Shown here: piece after piece, positions 10,119-19,829 of the stretch | Layout of the letters: every line of letters begins with the position of its first letter | Position numbering within the stretch: the stretch's first letter is position 1 | Assembly (NCBI GenBank): GCA_037134355.1 | Contig: JBAXMJ010000003.1 | Location: 3,497 to 67,496 of the forward strand | DNA from: a bacterium | GTDB taxonomy: Bacteria > Verrucomicrobiota > Kiritimatiellia > CAIKKV01 > CAITUY01 | Direction of reading: 5' to 3' | DNA: 64,000 nt | Notes under the pieces: model-generated | Database searches by the model: none | The model's input: the letters and a program-made list of their open reading frames with translations, nothing else | Told to the model about the DNA's origin: nothing | Translations under genes and position numbers: made by a program

Positions 10119-11573
10119 ATGAAGTGTTTGTTTGTCTATAAAACGGCCTCGCTCGATATCACGGATCCCATGGGGATCATGTGCCTGATCGCCAATGTCA
10201 AAAAACACGGGCACGAATCGGACCTGTTCCTGACCAACCTGGAACCGAACCTGTTCAAGGCCGTGGCCGACTTCAAGCCCGATGTCATCGGTTTCTCCGT
10301 GACCAGCGGCGCTGAACCCTATTACCTGGAATTGATCCGCCGTCTTCGCAAACACACGAATTTCATCTCGATCCTCGGCGGCCCGCACCCCACCTTCTTC
10401 CCTGAAATCATTGATGAACCGGAAGTGGACATCATTTGCCGCGGGGAAGGCGATGACGCCATTGTCAAACTGCTCGACACCCTTCAAGCCGACGGCGATA
10501 TCTCCACCATCCCGAATCTCTGGGTCAAAAAGGACGGACAGGTCGTCAAGAACCCGATCGTCCCACTGATCCACGACCTGGACAGCCTGCCGTTCCCCGA
10601 CCGGGCCTCGTTCCTGAAGTATTACGCCTACGCCCACAGCAGCGTGAAGCATTTCCTGGCCGGGCGCGGGTGCCCCTACGACTGCACCTATTGCTTCAAC
10701 CGCAAGCTGAAGAAAATGTACCGCGAAGAGGCTGGGGAGACCCAGTATTGCCGTTTGCGCAGCGTGGAGAACGTGGTTCAGGAACTGGAAGAGGTTCGCA
10801 AGCACTACCCCCTCAAGATTGTTTATTTCCATGACGACCTGTTCATCATGAACCGGGTCTGGCTCAAGCAATTTGCTGAAGTGTATAGCAAGCGCGTAGG
10901 CCTGCCCATGATCTGTTACGTCCGCGCGAATCTGGTAAACGAGGAAGTGGTTCAGTCACTCAAGAAGGCCAACTGCGTCACTATCGCCATGGGCGTCGAA
11001 AGCGGAAACGAGGAACTCCGGAAGCTGGTGCTGAAGCGCGACATGAGCAACGCCAAGATCATCGAGGCGGCGGATCTGTTCCACAAGTACGGCATCTCGA
11101 TCATGACCCAGAACATGGTGGGTCTACCCGACGAGACGATTGAGAATGCGTATGAGACCATTCAGGTCAACACCCGGGTGAAGCCGGCCTATGCGTGGGC
11201 CTCGATCTTCCAGCCTTATCCGCGCACCGAGCTTTACCACTACTGCATTGAGAAGGGATATCTCGACCCGTCACACAAGCAACATGAGTCCTATCAGGTG
11301 GAGTCCCCCATCAACAAGGGCGAGACCAAGCGTGAATTTGAGAACCTGCACAAATTCTTCTCGTTGTGCATCGAGTTCCCCTCCCTAATCCCGCTCTCAC
11401 GCCGCCTGATCAAGTGGCCGGGCAATATTCTGTTCAACCTGATCTATCGGGGCTTTAAGGGCTACACCCATATCTTCCGACTCAAGATGAGCAGCGGGGA
11501 AATCGGGTTCTTCGTCTACCTCTGGGGCATCATGCTCTACAAGATCCGCACGAAGCTAGGTCGGACGTATTAG
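10119..11573 (+). CDS. B12-binding domain radical SAM protein
   Basis: N-terminal cobalamin-binding domain pattern (PDVIGFSVTSG) and a CxxxCxxC cluster motif (GCPYDCTYCFN). ~480 aa, typical of the B12-rSAM / DUF4070 class. Confidence 0.8.
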   Translation: MKCLFVYKTASLDITDPMGIMCLIANVKKHGHESDLFLTNLEPNLFKAVADFKPDVIGFSVTSGAEPYYLELIRRLRKHTNFISILGGPHPTFFPEIIDEPEVDIICRGEGDDAIVKLLDTLQADGDISTIPNLWVKKDGQVVKNPIVPLIHDLDSLPFPDRASFLKYYAYAHSSVKHFLAGRGCPYDCTYCFNRKLKKMYREEAGETQYCRLRSVENVVQELEEVRKHYPLKIVYFHDDLFIMNRVWLKQFAEVYSKRVGLPMICYVRANLVNEEVVQSLKKANCVTIAMGVESGNEELRKLVLKRDMSNAKIIEAADLFHKYGISIMTQNMVGLPDETIENAYETIQVNTRVKPAYAWASIFQPYPRTELYHYCIEKGYLDPSHKQHESYQVESPINKGETKREFENLHKFFSLCIEFPSLIPLSRRLIKWPGNILFNLIYRGFKGYTHIFRLKMSSGEIGFFVYLWGIMLYKIRTKLGRTY

Positions 11574-11582
11574 GTCGGGATT

Positions 11583-11633
11583 AAGGGTTCAGGGTTCGGG
11601 AATCAGGATCCGCACACACTGAACCCTGAACCC
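11583..11633. terminator. Bidirectional hairpin between convergent genes
   Basis: A perfect 14-bp inverted repeat AGGGTTCAGGGTTC ... GAACCCTGAACCCT with a 23-nt loop. It lies between the rSAM stop (11573) and the acetyltransferase stop (11639). Confidence 0.55.
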
Positions 11634-11638
11634 TCTTC

Positions 11639-12415
11639 TTATTCCCTACTCCTAAGCACGCGGGCAGGAAGGCCGACGGCGATCACTTTGGCGGGCAAGT
11701 CCTCGTTCACCACGGCTCCGGCACCCACAATAGTGCTCTCGCCGATGGTACAACCATCCTGGACAATCACCCCGGCGCCAATCCACACCTCGGCCCCGAT
11801 GATAATCCCCTTGGCAATCCGCTTCTGATCCATGACCGAGGCATCGGTCTTTGAAAAGTCATGCCCGCCACCGACAATGTAGCTATAGGCGGCAATCAGG
11901 GTTTTCCGGCCGATCTCTACCTTGTTCGACGAGGCGATATCGCAATTGAAGCCGATATTCACATCGTCCCCGATCAGGATGTCGCCGTTCTTGCAGTGAA
12001 GGATGGTGTTGCGCCCTATGAAGACCCCGGAGCCGATCGTGATCCCGGTATTGGACTCACCCTTCGCATCCAGAAGGCAGTTGTCGTCAATGACCACGTT
12101 GTCGCCGATGACGATTTTTTTCGGGTGGCGCAAGACCACATTCGCGCCGAACACCACATTCCGCCCGCACCTACCGAGCAGTCTGGGATAGAGAACTTTA
12201 CGCAAGGCCAATCCCAGCGCACCCGGAACGGTTGAGCAGAGAAGAATGATCACCTCGTACTTCAGCAACGAAAGCCAGCTTCCCCTCCCGATCACGAGGG
12301 AGAGGTACTTGCGCATCGGTGAAGCCTCGCTGTTCACCAACTGCTGCTGAATGTCCAGAATTTGATGGGGCTCTGTCATGGCGGGAATACTGGCAATCCC
12401 CCCGCCCGCCGTCAA
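11639..12415 (-). CDS. Hexapeptide-repeat (left-handed beta-helix) acetyltransferase with an N-terminal hydrophobic segment
   Basis: Repeated [LIV]-G-x-x-x-x-I hexads (IGDNVVIDDNCLL, IGSGVFIGRNTIL, IGDDVNIGFNCDI, IGAEVWIGAGVIV), WbbJ/WcaF-like. Confidence 0.75.
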   Translation of the reverse strand: MTAGGGIASIPAMTEPHQILDIQQQLVNSEASPMRKYLSLVIGRGSWLSLLKYEVIILLCSTVPGALGLALRKVLYPRLLGRCGRNVVFGANVVLRHPKKIVIGDNVVIDDNCLLDAKGESNTGITIGSGVFIGRNTILHCKNGDILIGDDVNIGFNCDIASSNKVEIGRKTLIAAYSYIVGGGHDFSKTDASVMDQKRIAKGIIIGAEVWIGAGVIVQDGCTIGESTIVGAGAVVNEDLPAKVIAVGLPARVLRSRE

Positions 12416-12430
12416 CGCCGCAGTTTCCTG

Positions 12431-13288
12431 CTACCGCCTCCGCACGGTCAGGGAGAGGGCAAAGAAGCCACACGCCCAGAGGACGATGGTTGCGCCGGTC
12501 GCGGTGTTCCAATAGTAGGAACAGACCAGGCCAATCACTCCGGAAAGAAGGCTGACCGCCACCGCGCCGAGAACATACCCACGGGTGTTCCGGGCCAGAT
12601 TCCGCGCGGTGGCCGCGGGCAGGATGAGCATGGAATTAATAACCAGAAGCCCCACCCACGGAATGCTTACCGAGACGACAACGGCCACCAGCACCGAAAA
12701 CACTGCCTCCAATATCCCCGCCGGAAATCCGCGACTGGCCGCCAGTGACCGGTTCAGACTCACAAAGAACAGGGCATTGAACAAAAACACCCACAGCACG
12801 GCCACCCCGCCCGATACCACGGCCAATACCCCCAGCTCACCCGGGGTAATAGTCAGGATGTCGCCAATGAGATACCGGGAATACCGGGCAAAACCACCGC
12901 CGCGCGACAGCAACACCACACCCAGCGCCACCACGAACGCCATGACCAGAGCAATACTCGTGTCCGGCGGAACGGCACTGTATCGGCGCATCAACACCAT
13001 CGCCACCGCCAGCACCACCGCAAATCCAACAATGGTCGCTGTGGGATCGGCAATCCCGAGTAACGCCCCCAGCGCCAGGCCGGTCAGGGCCGAATGGCCC
13101 ATCGCCTCGGAAAAAAACGCCATCTGGTTGTTGATCACCAGACACCCCAGTAGAGCCAGCAAGGGCGAGACCAGCAGCACCGACAGAAGCGCATTGTGCA
13201 TGAAGTCATACTGCGCCCATTCAAAAGGAAGATTCAGGAGCAAGGTATGCCAGAGGCTCATCATGTCTCCCCCGTCTGCAGGACGCAC
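12431..13288 (-). CDS. Metal (Zn/Mn-type) ABC transporter permease, ABC-3 family
   Basis: Polytopic membrane protein of ZnuB/TroC-like length and hydrophobicity pattern. Overlaps the upstream ATPase gene. Confidence 0.7.
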   Translation of the reverse strand: MRPADGGDMMSLWHTLLLNLPFEWAQYDFMHNALLSVLLVSPLLALLGCLVINNQMAFFSEAMGHSALTGLALGALLGIADPTATIVGFAVVLAVAMVLMRRYSAVPPDTSIALVMAFVVALGVVLLSRGGGFARYSRYLIGDILTITPGELGVLAVVSGGVAVLWVFLFNALFFVSLNRSLAASRGFPAGILEAVFSVLVAVVVSVSIPWVGLLVINSMLILPAATARNLARNTRGYVLGAVAVSLLSGVIGLVCSYYWNTATGATIVLWACGFFALSLTVRRR

Positions 13289-14094
13289 TGCTCGTGCTCA
13301 AGTTGCTTGAAGAGGGGACGCCGCCCGTCTATCTCCTGCTCGGTAAACCCGAATCCAAAGGTCTGTCGGATCAGGGGATTCAATAGAACCTCCTTCGGAG
13401 CACCCTCACACAACACCGTCCGGTTCAGCAGGATCATCCGGTCTGAAAACTGGGCCGCCGCCGTTAGGTCATGGGACACCAGGAGAATCGATAGATCATA
13501 TTCCGTCCGCATTTTGGATACGGTCTGATAGAACCGTTCCATGCCGCCCTGATCAAGCGCCGCGACGGGCTCATCCAGCAGGAGCAGTTCCGGCACCGGA
13601 GTGAGCGCCAGCGCCAGGAGCACCCGCTGGAGCTGTCCCACCGAAATCTCCGAAATACGGCGATCCAGAAGAGCTTCCGCTCCGACCAATTCCAGTTTCG
13701 CTTGTGCCTCACAGGCCACCGCCTTGCGGGTTCCCACCCAAAGCGGCCACCGGGTCAAGGCGCCCGCGAACAAATCCATCACCGTGGTCGGCGAGGTGCG
13801 ATCCAACTCCAATTTCTGAGGCACATACCCGATCCGTAGGGGCTTCGTGGTCTCAATATTACCGTGATGGATAAAGCGCAGGGAGCCGGTGTGGGGCAAT
13901 TCCCCTACCATTGCCCGAAGCAGCGTCGTCTTCCCCGCGCCATTGGGCCCGATCAGGGCGGTCAGCTCCCCGCAATGCATGTGCAACCGGATCTGCTCCA
14001 ATACACGGGACCCGCGCAACGTAACGCCAAAATCCACCAGCCGCGTGCAACACTCACCGCAGGAACGCATGACTTTATGAGGGGTCTGATCCAT
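13261..14094 (-). CDS. Metal ABC transporter ATP-binding protein (ZnuC-like)
   Basis: Walker A GPNGAGKTTLLRAM and Walker B LLLLDEP. Size and domain order are ZnuC-like. No cognate substrate-binding protein gene is adjacent. Confidence 0.75.
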   Translation of the reverse strand: MDQTPHKVMRSCGECCTRLVDFGVTLRGSRVLEQIRLHMHCGELTALIGPNGAGKTTLLRAMVGELPHTGSLRFIHHGNIETTKPLRIGYVPQKLELDRTSPTTVMDLFAGALTRWPLWVGTRKAVACEAQAKLELVGAEALLDRRISEISVGQLQRVLLALALTPVPELLLLDEPVAALDQGGMERFYQTVSKMRTEYDLSILLVSHDLTAAAQFSDRMILLNRTVLCEGAPKEVLLNPLIRQTFGFGFTEQEIDGRRPLFKQLEHEQCVLQTGET

Positions 14095-14175
14095 TGGGAC
14101 GAAGTTAATAGGAAAAACAGGGGAATATCAACCCTTGACGGAGGGGGTCTGATTTTGATATTTACCCCCCCCATT

Positions 14176-14298
14176 ATGGGACAACAACTTAGAGCAAGAG
14201 CCAAACGTAAACGTCGTACTCGTCAGATTCAGCGCAAGATTGACACCGCAAAAGCGGTTGTCAAAAAGAATGCGGCCAAGGCGAAGACGAAGAAGTAA
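14176..14298 (+). CDS. Small, highly basic 40-aa protein (hypothetical)
   Basis: Translation MGQQLRARAKRKRRTRQIQRKIDTAKAVVKKNAAKAKTKK, roughly 45% Lys/Arg. A possible TTG start at 14155 lies 11 nt downstream of GGAGGGGG. A -35/-10-like TTGACG...GATATT sits at 14137-14165. Confidence 0.4.
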   Translation: MGQQLRARAKRKRRTRQIQRKIDTAKAVVKKNAAKAKTKK

Positions 14299-14354
14299 AA
14301 CTGAATCAAATCAGTTTGCCGCCGCCTCCGTGCGGCGGTTATTATTTTTTACAG

Positions 14355-14428
14355 GGCGCGGTAGCCAAGTGGCCAGGCAGGGGTCTGCAAAACCTCGTAC
14401 ATCGGTTCGAATCCGATCCGCGCCTCCA
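14355..14428 (+). tRNA. tRNA-Cys (anticodon GCA)
   Basis: Cloverleaf folds by hand. Acceptor GGCGCGG/CCGCGCC, anticodon loop CTGCAAA, T-arm GG-TTCGAATCC, discriminator U, encoded CCA. Confidence 0.8.
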
Positions 14429-14455
14429 TTTACTATCCTTCGTACCCACCCCGAA

Positions 14456-14782
14456 CTAAAGCGACACAATAGTCACGCCATCGCCGCCCGGGGTCTGGCC
14501 GGGTTCGCCAAGCCGGAACTGTCGGATGCCAATGGTTGAAAGGCGCTGGTGAATGGCCTTGCGAAGCGCTCCGGTGCCATGCCCGTGGATAATGCGGACT
14601 TCCGGCACCCCCTCCAGCATCGCATCGCTTAAAAACTGGTCGAGACGAGGCAACATTTCCTCCACACGCAAGCCGTGCATATCGATCTCTCGCACCATCG
14701 ACGGCCGTTTTGGTTTTTTCTTGCCCCTCATGTCGTTCATTCTTCTCATAACGCCGCTTGACCCACAAGGCCGCAATGCCAA
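14456..14782 (-). CDS. Smr (small MutS-related) domain protein
   Basis: IDMHGLRVEEML...RIIHGHGTGALRKAIHQ matches the Smr nicking-endonuclease domain signature. The true start is probably an internal Met (around 14740). Confidence 0.7.
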   Translation of the reverse strand: MALRPCGSSGVMRRMNDMRGKKKPKRPSMVREIDMHGLRVEEMLPRLDQFLSDAMLEGVPEVRIIHGHGTGALRKAIHQRLSTIGIRQFRLGEPGQTPGGDGVTIVSL

Positions 14783-15720
14783 TAATAACCGCTGATTTAC
14801 ACCCCATGAGCGACAACGTCATAGAAGTCCGCGAGGTTCAAAAACGCTACGGCACCTTCACCGCCGTGGATGGGATCTCGTTTGACGTGAAGCGAGGGGA
14901 ACTATTTGGCCTGCTCGGCCCCAACGGCGCCGGAAAAACCTCCACAATCCGCATGATCTACGGCTTTTCACCCCTCAGCGGGGGATCCCTCCGTGTTTTT
15001 GGTCACGACATCACCACCGGATGGCGCGATGTGCGGGCCCGCCTCGGCGTTTGCCACCAGGAAGACAGCCTGGACGAGGAAATGTCGGTGCGCGACAACC
15101 TTGAGATCTTCGCCGGTTTCTTTGGCATTCCCCGTAACGTCGCCCGGGAACGGGCCAACAGGCTGTTGGAATTTTTCGGCCTGGAAAACAAGGAAAAGGC
15201 GAGTGTGCGGGAACTCTCCGGCGGCATGATGCGACGGCTGGCCATCGCGCGCGCCCTGATCAACGAACCCGACCTGCTGATCCTGGACGAGCCCACAACC
15301 GGCCTCGACCCGCAAACCCGTCATCAACTCTGGGAGAAGCTGGCCCGCCTCAAAAAACAGGGTGTCACCATTATCCTGACTACACATTACATGGAGGAAG
15401 CGGCGCAGCTCTGCGACCGGCTCATCATCGTGGATCACGGCAAAATCCTGGTCGAGGGCAGGCCGCGCGATCTCGTCGCCCAATTTGTTGGCAAGCAGAT
15501 CATTGAAAGCAGTCCCGTCTGCGAGGGGCTCCGCCGATTCGTGACCGAGCGCGCCCTCGAGCACGAAGACCTCGGACACCGTATGCTGATCTATTGCAAG
15601 GATGACGAGGATATTTACCACGAAATCACAAAGACCTACTGCCAGGACAACTGCATCCTCCGCATGGGAACGCTGGAAGACGTGTTCCTGAAATTGACCG
15701 GACGGGAGTTGCGCGAATGA
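14758..15720 (+). CDS. ABC transporter ATP-binding protein (ABC-2 exporter type)
   Basis: Walker A GPNGAGKTSTIRM, signature LSGGMMRRL, Walker B LLILDEPTTGLD. The start is probably the ATG at 14806. Confidence 0.85.
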   Translation: MTHKAAMPIITADLHPMSDNVIEVREVQKRYGTFTAVDGISFDVKRGELFGLLGPNGAGKTSTIRMIYGFSPLSGGSLRVFGHDITTGWRDVRARLGVCHQEDSLDEEMSVRDNLEIFAGFFGIPRNVARERANRLLEFFGLENKEKASVRELSGGMMRRLAIARALINEPDLLILDEPTTGLDPQTRHQLWEKLARLKKQGVTIILTTHYMEEAAQLCDRLIIVDHGKILVEGRPRDLVAQFVGKQIIESSPVCEGLRRFVTERALEHEDLGHRMLIYCKDDEDIYHEITKTYCQDNCILRMGTLEDVFLKLTGRELRE

Positions 15721-16508
15721 GCCAGTCTGCGCCACAACTTTCCTGGAGGCTCCTGCGGGTCTGGCGGCGCGACTGGCTGGTCACCCGAAAATCCTGGCTT
15801 ATCGGCTTCATGACCCCGCTTCTGGAGCCGATCCTCTACATCACCTCGCTGGGGTTCGGCTTCAGGATCCTCATTCCTGAAATCCAGTACGAAGGGCATA
15901 CGCTCACCTATGTGGTGTTCATGGCTCCAGCCATCATTGCAACCAACATCATGTATACGGCATTCATGGAGAACTCGTTCTCATCGTTCGTCCGCATGTA
16001 CTACCAGAAAACCTATGACGCGATCCGGGCCACGCCGCTCTCGGTGGATGAAATCATTGCCGGGGAGATCATGTGGGGGGCGACAAAATCCCTGATGGCT
16101 GCCACGATCATGGTCACCGTCCTGAGTCTTTTCGGTCTGGTACATTATCCGACCGGACTCGGCCTGCTACCCCTCGCCTTTCTGGGCGGCCTTCTGTTCG
16201 GCGCCATTGGCATGCTCTTCACCGCATTCGTGAAGAGCATCGACATGTTCAACCTGCCGATCTTCCTGCTTATCACGCCGATGTATCTCTTCAGCGGCAC
16301 CTTCTTTCCGCTTGAGAATCTACCCGACTGGGCGCAAAGCGTGGCCTGGGCGCTCCCCCTGACACACCTCGTCTCGCTCGCCCGAAATCTGTGCCTGGGA
16401 ACCATTTCATGGATGAACATCCTGGTGTCCGGCGGATACCTGCTGGCAGCAACGGCTCTCCTGGTCCCCCTGGCCCTGCGCCTCATGCGCCGCCGCCTGA
16501 TCAAGTAG
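15717..16508 (+). CDS. ABC-2 family transporter permease
   Basis: 6-TM ABC-2-type membrane protein, translationally coupled to the upstream ATPase (ATGA overlap). Confidence 0.75.
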   Translation: MSQSAPQLSWRLLRVWRRDWLVTRKSWLIGFMTPLLEPILYITSLGFGFRILIPEIQYEGHTLTYVVFMAPAIIATNIMYTAFMENSFSSFVRMYYQKTYDAIRATPLSVDEIIAGEIMWGATKSLMAATIMVTVLSLFGLVHYPTGLGLLPLAFLGGLLFGAIGMLFTAFVKSIDMFNLPIFLLITPMYLFSGTFFPLENLPDWAQSVAWALPLTHLVSLARNLCLGTISWMNILVSGGYLLAATALLVPLALRLMRRRLIK

Positions 16509-16515
16509 ACACCGC

Positions 16516-17046
16516 TTAGTCCACAAGAACTCTGGCAGGGACGCCGGAGGATGGCGGGGGAAGAACGGACAGCTTTCGTGAATTCACCACGGTCGGATCG
16601 ACTGAGGTCTTAAGGTCACCCAGCGCCCAGATAATGGCATCCTTGAGCTCCCCATCCACCTTGGATAATCGCTGTGCCAGTTCGCGGGCAATGCTTCGAT
16701 ATAACTTCAGTCCAATCGAAGGACGAATGGCAATCAACTTTTCGAACTCGACCCGCGAAAATTCCATGACATGGGTTCGCTCCAGGGTCAGCACACTCGC
16801 GGAACGGGACTCCACCCCCAGGAAACAGACTTCCCCGAAAATATCAAGAGGACCCAACTCAACCAGCTTCTTGTGCTTGTTGATCCCAATGGCCTTGCGT
16901 ACTTCCACCCGGCCATCCAGGATCAGAAAAAACGAACACCCTGCCTCACCCTCATGAAGAATGACCTGACCCGGCTCATAAACGTGCGCTGCGCCAATTT
17001 TCTCGACGGCCGCCATCTCGCCAGAAGTCAGATCGCGAAGAATCAT
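16516..17046 (-). CDS. Cyclic nucleotide-binding domain protein (standalone cNMP-binding)
   Basis: FGEVCFLG...RSASV phosphate-binding cassette of the CAP/PKA-type cNMP domain. 176 aa with no effector domain. Confidence 0.7.
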   Translation of the reverse strand: MILRDLTSGEMAAVEKIGAAHVYEPGQVILHEGEAGCSFFLILDGRVEVRKAIGINKHKKLVELGPLDIFGEVCFLGVESRSASVLTLERTHVMEFSRVEFEKLIAIRPSIGLKLYRSIARELAQRLSKVDGELKDAIIWALGDLKTSVDPTVVNSRKLSVLPPPSSGVPARVLVD

Positions 17047-17055
17047 ACCACCCCA

Positions 17056-18738
17056 TTATGGAATCGAAAACTTCACCGCTGTTGCCACCACATCCGCCTT
17101 GATCCTGGCCAGAGCCGCCTCATCGGCCTGATACTTAACCGCGTCCACAATCCAACCGCCGAGCCGTTCCATCTCGGCTTCCTTCATGCCACGGGTGGTG
17201 ACAGCCGGTGTGCCGATACGCACCCCGGATGTCACGGCCGGCGGGCGGGTATCAAACGGAATCGCATTCTTGTTCACAATGATCCCGGCCTTCTCCAGGG
17301 CGCAGGACGCATCCTTTCCGGTCGTCCCGAGCGGGGTCAGATCCACCAGCATGAGATGGTTGTCGGTCCCACCCGACACAATTCGCATGCCGTGTTTGGC
17401 CAGATAGGCTGCCAGCACCTGGGCATTCTTCACCACCTGCTTCTGGTACACCTTGAACTCAGGCGCCATGGCCTCCTTGAAGCAGATCGCCTTGGCGGCA
17501 ATAGTGTGCATCAGGGGTCCGCCCTGAAGTCCGGGGAAAACCTGTTTGTCCAGTTCCTGGGCATACTTGGCCTTGCAGAGCACCATGCCGCTACGCGGAC
17601 CTCGAAGGGTTTTATGCGTGGTCGTGGTGACAAAATCGGCATAGGGAACCGGACTGGGATGCACGCCAGCGGCAATCAGACCGGCAATGTGGGCCATATC
17701 CACCATGAGCAGAGCCCCCACGCTGTCGGCAATCTCACGTAGCCGCTTGAAATCCAAAACCCGCGGATACGCACTCGCACCGGCCACGACCAGTTTCGGC
17801 TTGCTCTGGACCGCAAGAGCCGCGAGCTCATCATAGTCGATCATTTCCGTTTTTTGACTGACCCCATAAGGCACGATCTTGAAAAAACGGCCGGAGAAAT
17901 TGACCTTGTGGCCGTGTGTCAGGTGACCGCCATGGGCGAGACTCATGGCCAGAATGGTATCCCCTGCCTGCAGGGCCGAAAAATACACCGCCATGTTGGC
18001 GGAACTGCCGCAATGCGGCTGCACATTGGCGTGTTCGGCTCCGAACAAGACCTTGGCCCGATCAATGGCAAGCTGTTCGGCCACATCCACAAACTCACAC
18101 CCGGCATAATAGCGCTTACCGGGGTAGCCCTCGGCGTACTTGTTGGTCATCACCGAGCCCTGCGCCTCGCGAATGGCCCGGCTGGTGTAATTCTCCGAGG
18201 CAATAAGGTCGATTGTCCTGAGTTCGCGCTCCTCCTCATGCTTAATGGCGTTGTAAATCTCGGAATCCACGGCCGATACTGAGGCCACTTCCACGGCCGC
18301 ACCGCCCATGGCGCCCATCTTGTCAACGCGCCGCTGATGCCGGTCCTCACCCGCGAACGGCTGCTTGAGCCACGCCGAGAAAATGGATTCCGCCTGATCC
18401 GGTTTCACCAGATCGCTCCCCAGCACCAGCACATTCGCATCATTATGAAGCCGGGTCGTCTGCGCCATCTCCGGAGTCAGGCACAAGGCGGCACGCACCC
18501 GCGGAAATTTATTGGCGGCCATGCTCATTCCGATTCCCGTCCGGCAAATCAACACACCCTGGGCCACAAGTCCCTCCGACACCATCTCGGCGACCATGCG
18601 GGCATAATCGGGATAATCCACGGCTGCCGAGCTGTCGCAGCCGACATCCTCGACAACGATGCCCTGCTTTTTCATGACCTTTTTCAGGGCTTCCTTGAGT
18701 TCAAACCCGCCGTGATCCGCACCAATCGCCATTCTCAT
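17056..18738 (-). CDS. glyA: Fusion protein: ribose-5-phosphate isomerase B (N-terminal, ~150 aa) plus serine hydroxymethyltransferase (C-terminal, ~410 aa)
   Basis: N-terminus [18 protein letters not shown]...[13 protein letters not shown] is RpiB/LacAB. From about residue 150, [41 protein letters not shown] plus the PLP Lys region ([13 protein letters not shown]) is GlyA. One continuous ORF with no stop between the domains. Confidence 0.8.
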   Translation of the reverse strand: MRMAIGADHGGFELKEALKKVMKKQGIVVEDVGCDSSAAVDYPDYARMVAEMVSEGLVAQGVLICRTGIGMSMAANKFPRVRAALCLTPEMAQTTRLHNDANVLVLGSDLVKPDQAESIFSAWLKQPFAGEDRHQRRVDKMGAMGGAAVEVASVSAVDSEIYNAIKHEEERELRTIDLIASENYTSRAIREAQGSVMTNKYAEGYPGKRYYAGCEFVDVAEQLAIDRAKVLFGAEHANVQPHCGSSANMAVYFSALQAGDTILAMSLAHGGHLTHGHKVNFSGRFFKIVPYGVSQKTEMIDYDELAALAVQSKPKLVVAGASAYPRVLDFKRLREIADSVGALLMVDMAHIAGLIAAGVHPSPVPYADFVTTTTHKTLRGPRSGMVLCKAKYAQELDKQVFPGLQGGPLMHTIAAKAICFKEAMAPEFKVYQKQVVKNAQVLAAYLAKHGMRIVSGGTDNHLMLVDLTPLGTTGKDASCALEKAGIIVNKNAIPFDTRPPAVTSGVRIGTPAVTTRGMKEAEMERLGGWIVDAVKYQADEAALARIKADVVATAVKFSIP

Positions 18739-19829
18739 TGTCGCAATCCTTCCTCAACTCTGTTTTCCGGTCTGTACAATCCACGCAACCGCATCACCAA
18801 TTCCGGCATGGCCGCTTCAATCTCGTCGCGAATGGTCCGATAAACATCGGCCTTCATTCCAAAGGGATCCGGAACATCCTCCCCCTGATGGCGCGCACTG
18901 AAATCATTGAGCATCACAACCCGCCCCGCCACACAGGGGAAACGAAGGATGACCGCGCGTTTGTGAGCTTCCGTCATTACCACAACCAGATCGGCAGCGT
19001 CAATCCGAGCTTGGGTCAGAGGTTGGCTCCGGTGATCCTCAAGATCCAGTTTTTTCTCAACCATTACATCGATCGCACCTTCACTGGCCCGCTGGCCCGG
19101 AATAGCCGACACCCCCGCCGAGTCTACCTCCCACTCTGATTTTTCCCCCAACCAATGCCGTGCCAGAACTGCCGCCATGGGACTGCGGCAGGTATTGCCG
19201 GTGCAGACAAAAAGAACCAAGGGTCGCGCCATGACTGCCTCACGGGAAAGGGCGCCCTGCCGGAGGATCACGGGAACGGCACCGGCGGCATCCACGACCG
19301 TACTTTCCACTCCCAACCCGGCTGGTCCCGCATCCAAGGCCAGAGCCACGCTGTCCCCCAATGCCTCCAGAGCGGCGGTGACCGTCCGTGCCGCAGGCGA
19401 TCCGCTAATATTGGCACTGGTGACCCTCAGGATGCCGCCTGCCGCCTTTAACACGGCCAACGCGACGGCATGATCGGGAACACGGAAACCCTCCGTACGC
19501 GCGCCACATTTCAACACCAGCGTGAGGGGACCGGGCCAGTACCGCTGAGCCAACCGGCGCGCCCACGGAGGGAAAACCGCTTTCTGTCGTTCCACTGCTT
19601 CCATCCCCGACACCAGCAGGGGAATCGGCTTGCCACGATCCCGTTCCTTGGCGGCATAAATCCGCTCAACGGCACCGTCCACGCTGGGATCGGCGGCAAC
19701 CCCATAGACAGTCTCAGTTGGTAAAATGATCAGGCCGCCGAATCGCAACACCCTAGTCGCCTCTGAAATAAGGGCGGGTTCCGGGCGAACCGCATTAACC
19801 ACTAGAATTTTGGATTTAGCGCTGGCCAT
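18735..19829 (-). CDS. Fusion protein: threonylcarbamoyl-AMP synthase (TsaC/YrdC/Sua5 domain) plus low-molecular-weight phosphatase domain
   Basis: N-terminus [14 protein letters not shown] is the YrdC fold. The C-terminus [16 protein letters not shown] carries the CX5R P-loop of LMW-PTP / arsenate-reductase-like phosphatases, with a DP motif downstream. Confidence 0.75.
   Translation of the reverse strand: MASAKSKILVVNAVRPEPALISEATRVLRFGGLIILPTETVYGVAADPSVDGAVERIYAAKERDRGKPIPLLVSGMEAVERQKAVFPPWARRLAQRYWPGPLTLVLKCGARTEGFRVPDHAVALAVLKAAGGILRVTSANISGSPAARTVTAALEALGDSVALALDAGPAGLGVESTVVDAAGAVPVILRQGALSREAVMARPLVLFVCTGNTCRSPMAAVLARHWLGEKSEWEVDSAGVSAIPGQRASEGAIDVMVEKKLDLEDHRSQPLTQARIDAADLVVVMTEAHKRAVILRFPCVAGRVVMLNDFSARHQGEDVPDPFGMKADVYRTIRDEIEAAMPELVMRLRGLYRPENRVEEGLRQ

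Noticed and set aside
12431-14094. Considered calling the metal ABC pair znuBC with a Zur box upstream.
   Set aside because: No substrate-binding protein gene and no recognisable Zur/Fur palindrome could be found in 14095-14160. Metal specificity cannot be assigned from the sequence alone.
18240-18300. An in-frame Met at the RpiB/GlyA junction, which could be read as two separate genes (rpiB then glyA).
   Set aside because: There is no stop codon between the two domains in the given sequence, so as written it is one ORF. It is kept as a fusion with a note that a sequencing error or an internal start cannot be excluded.
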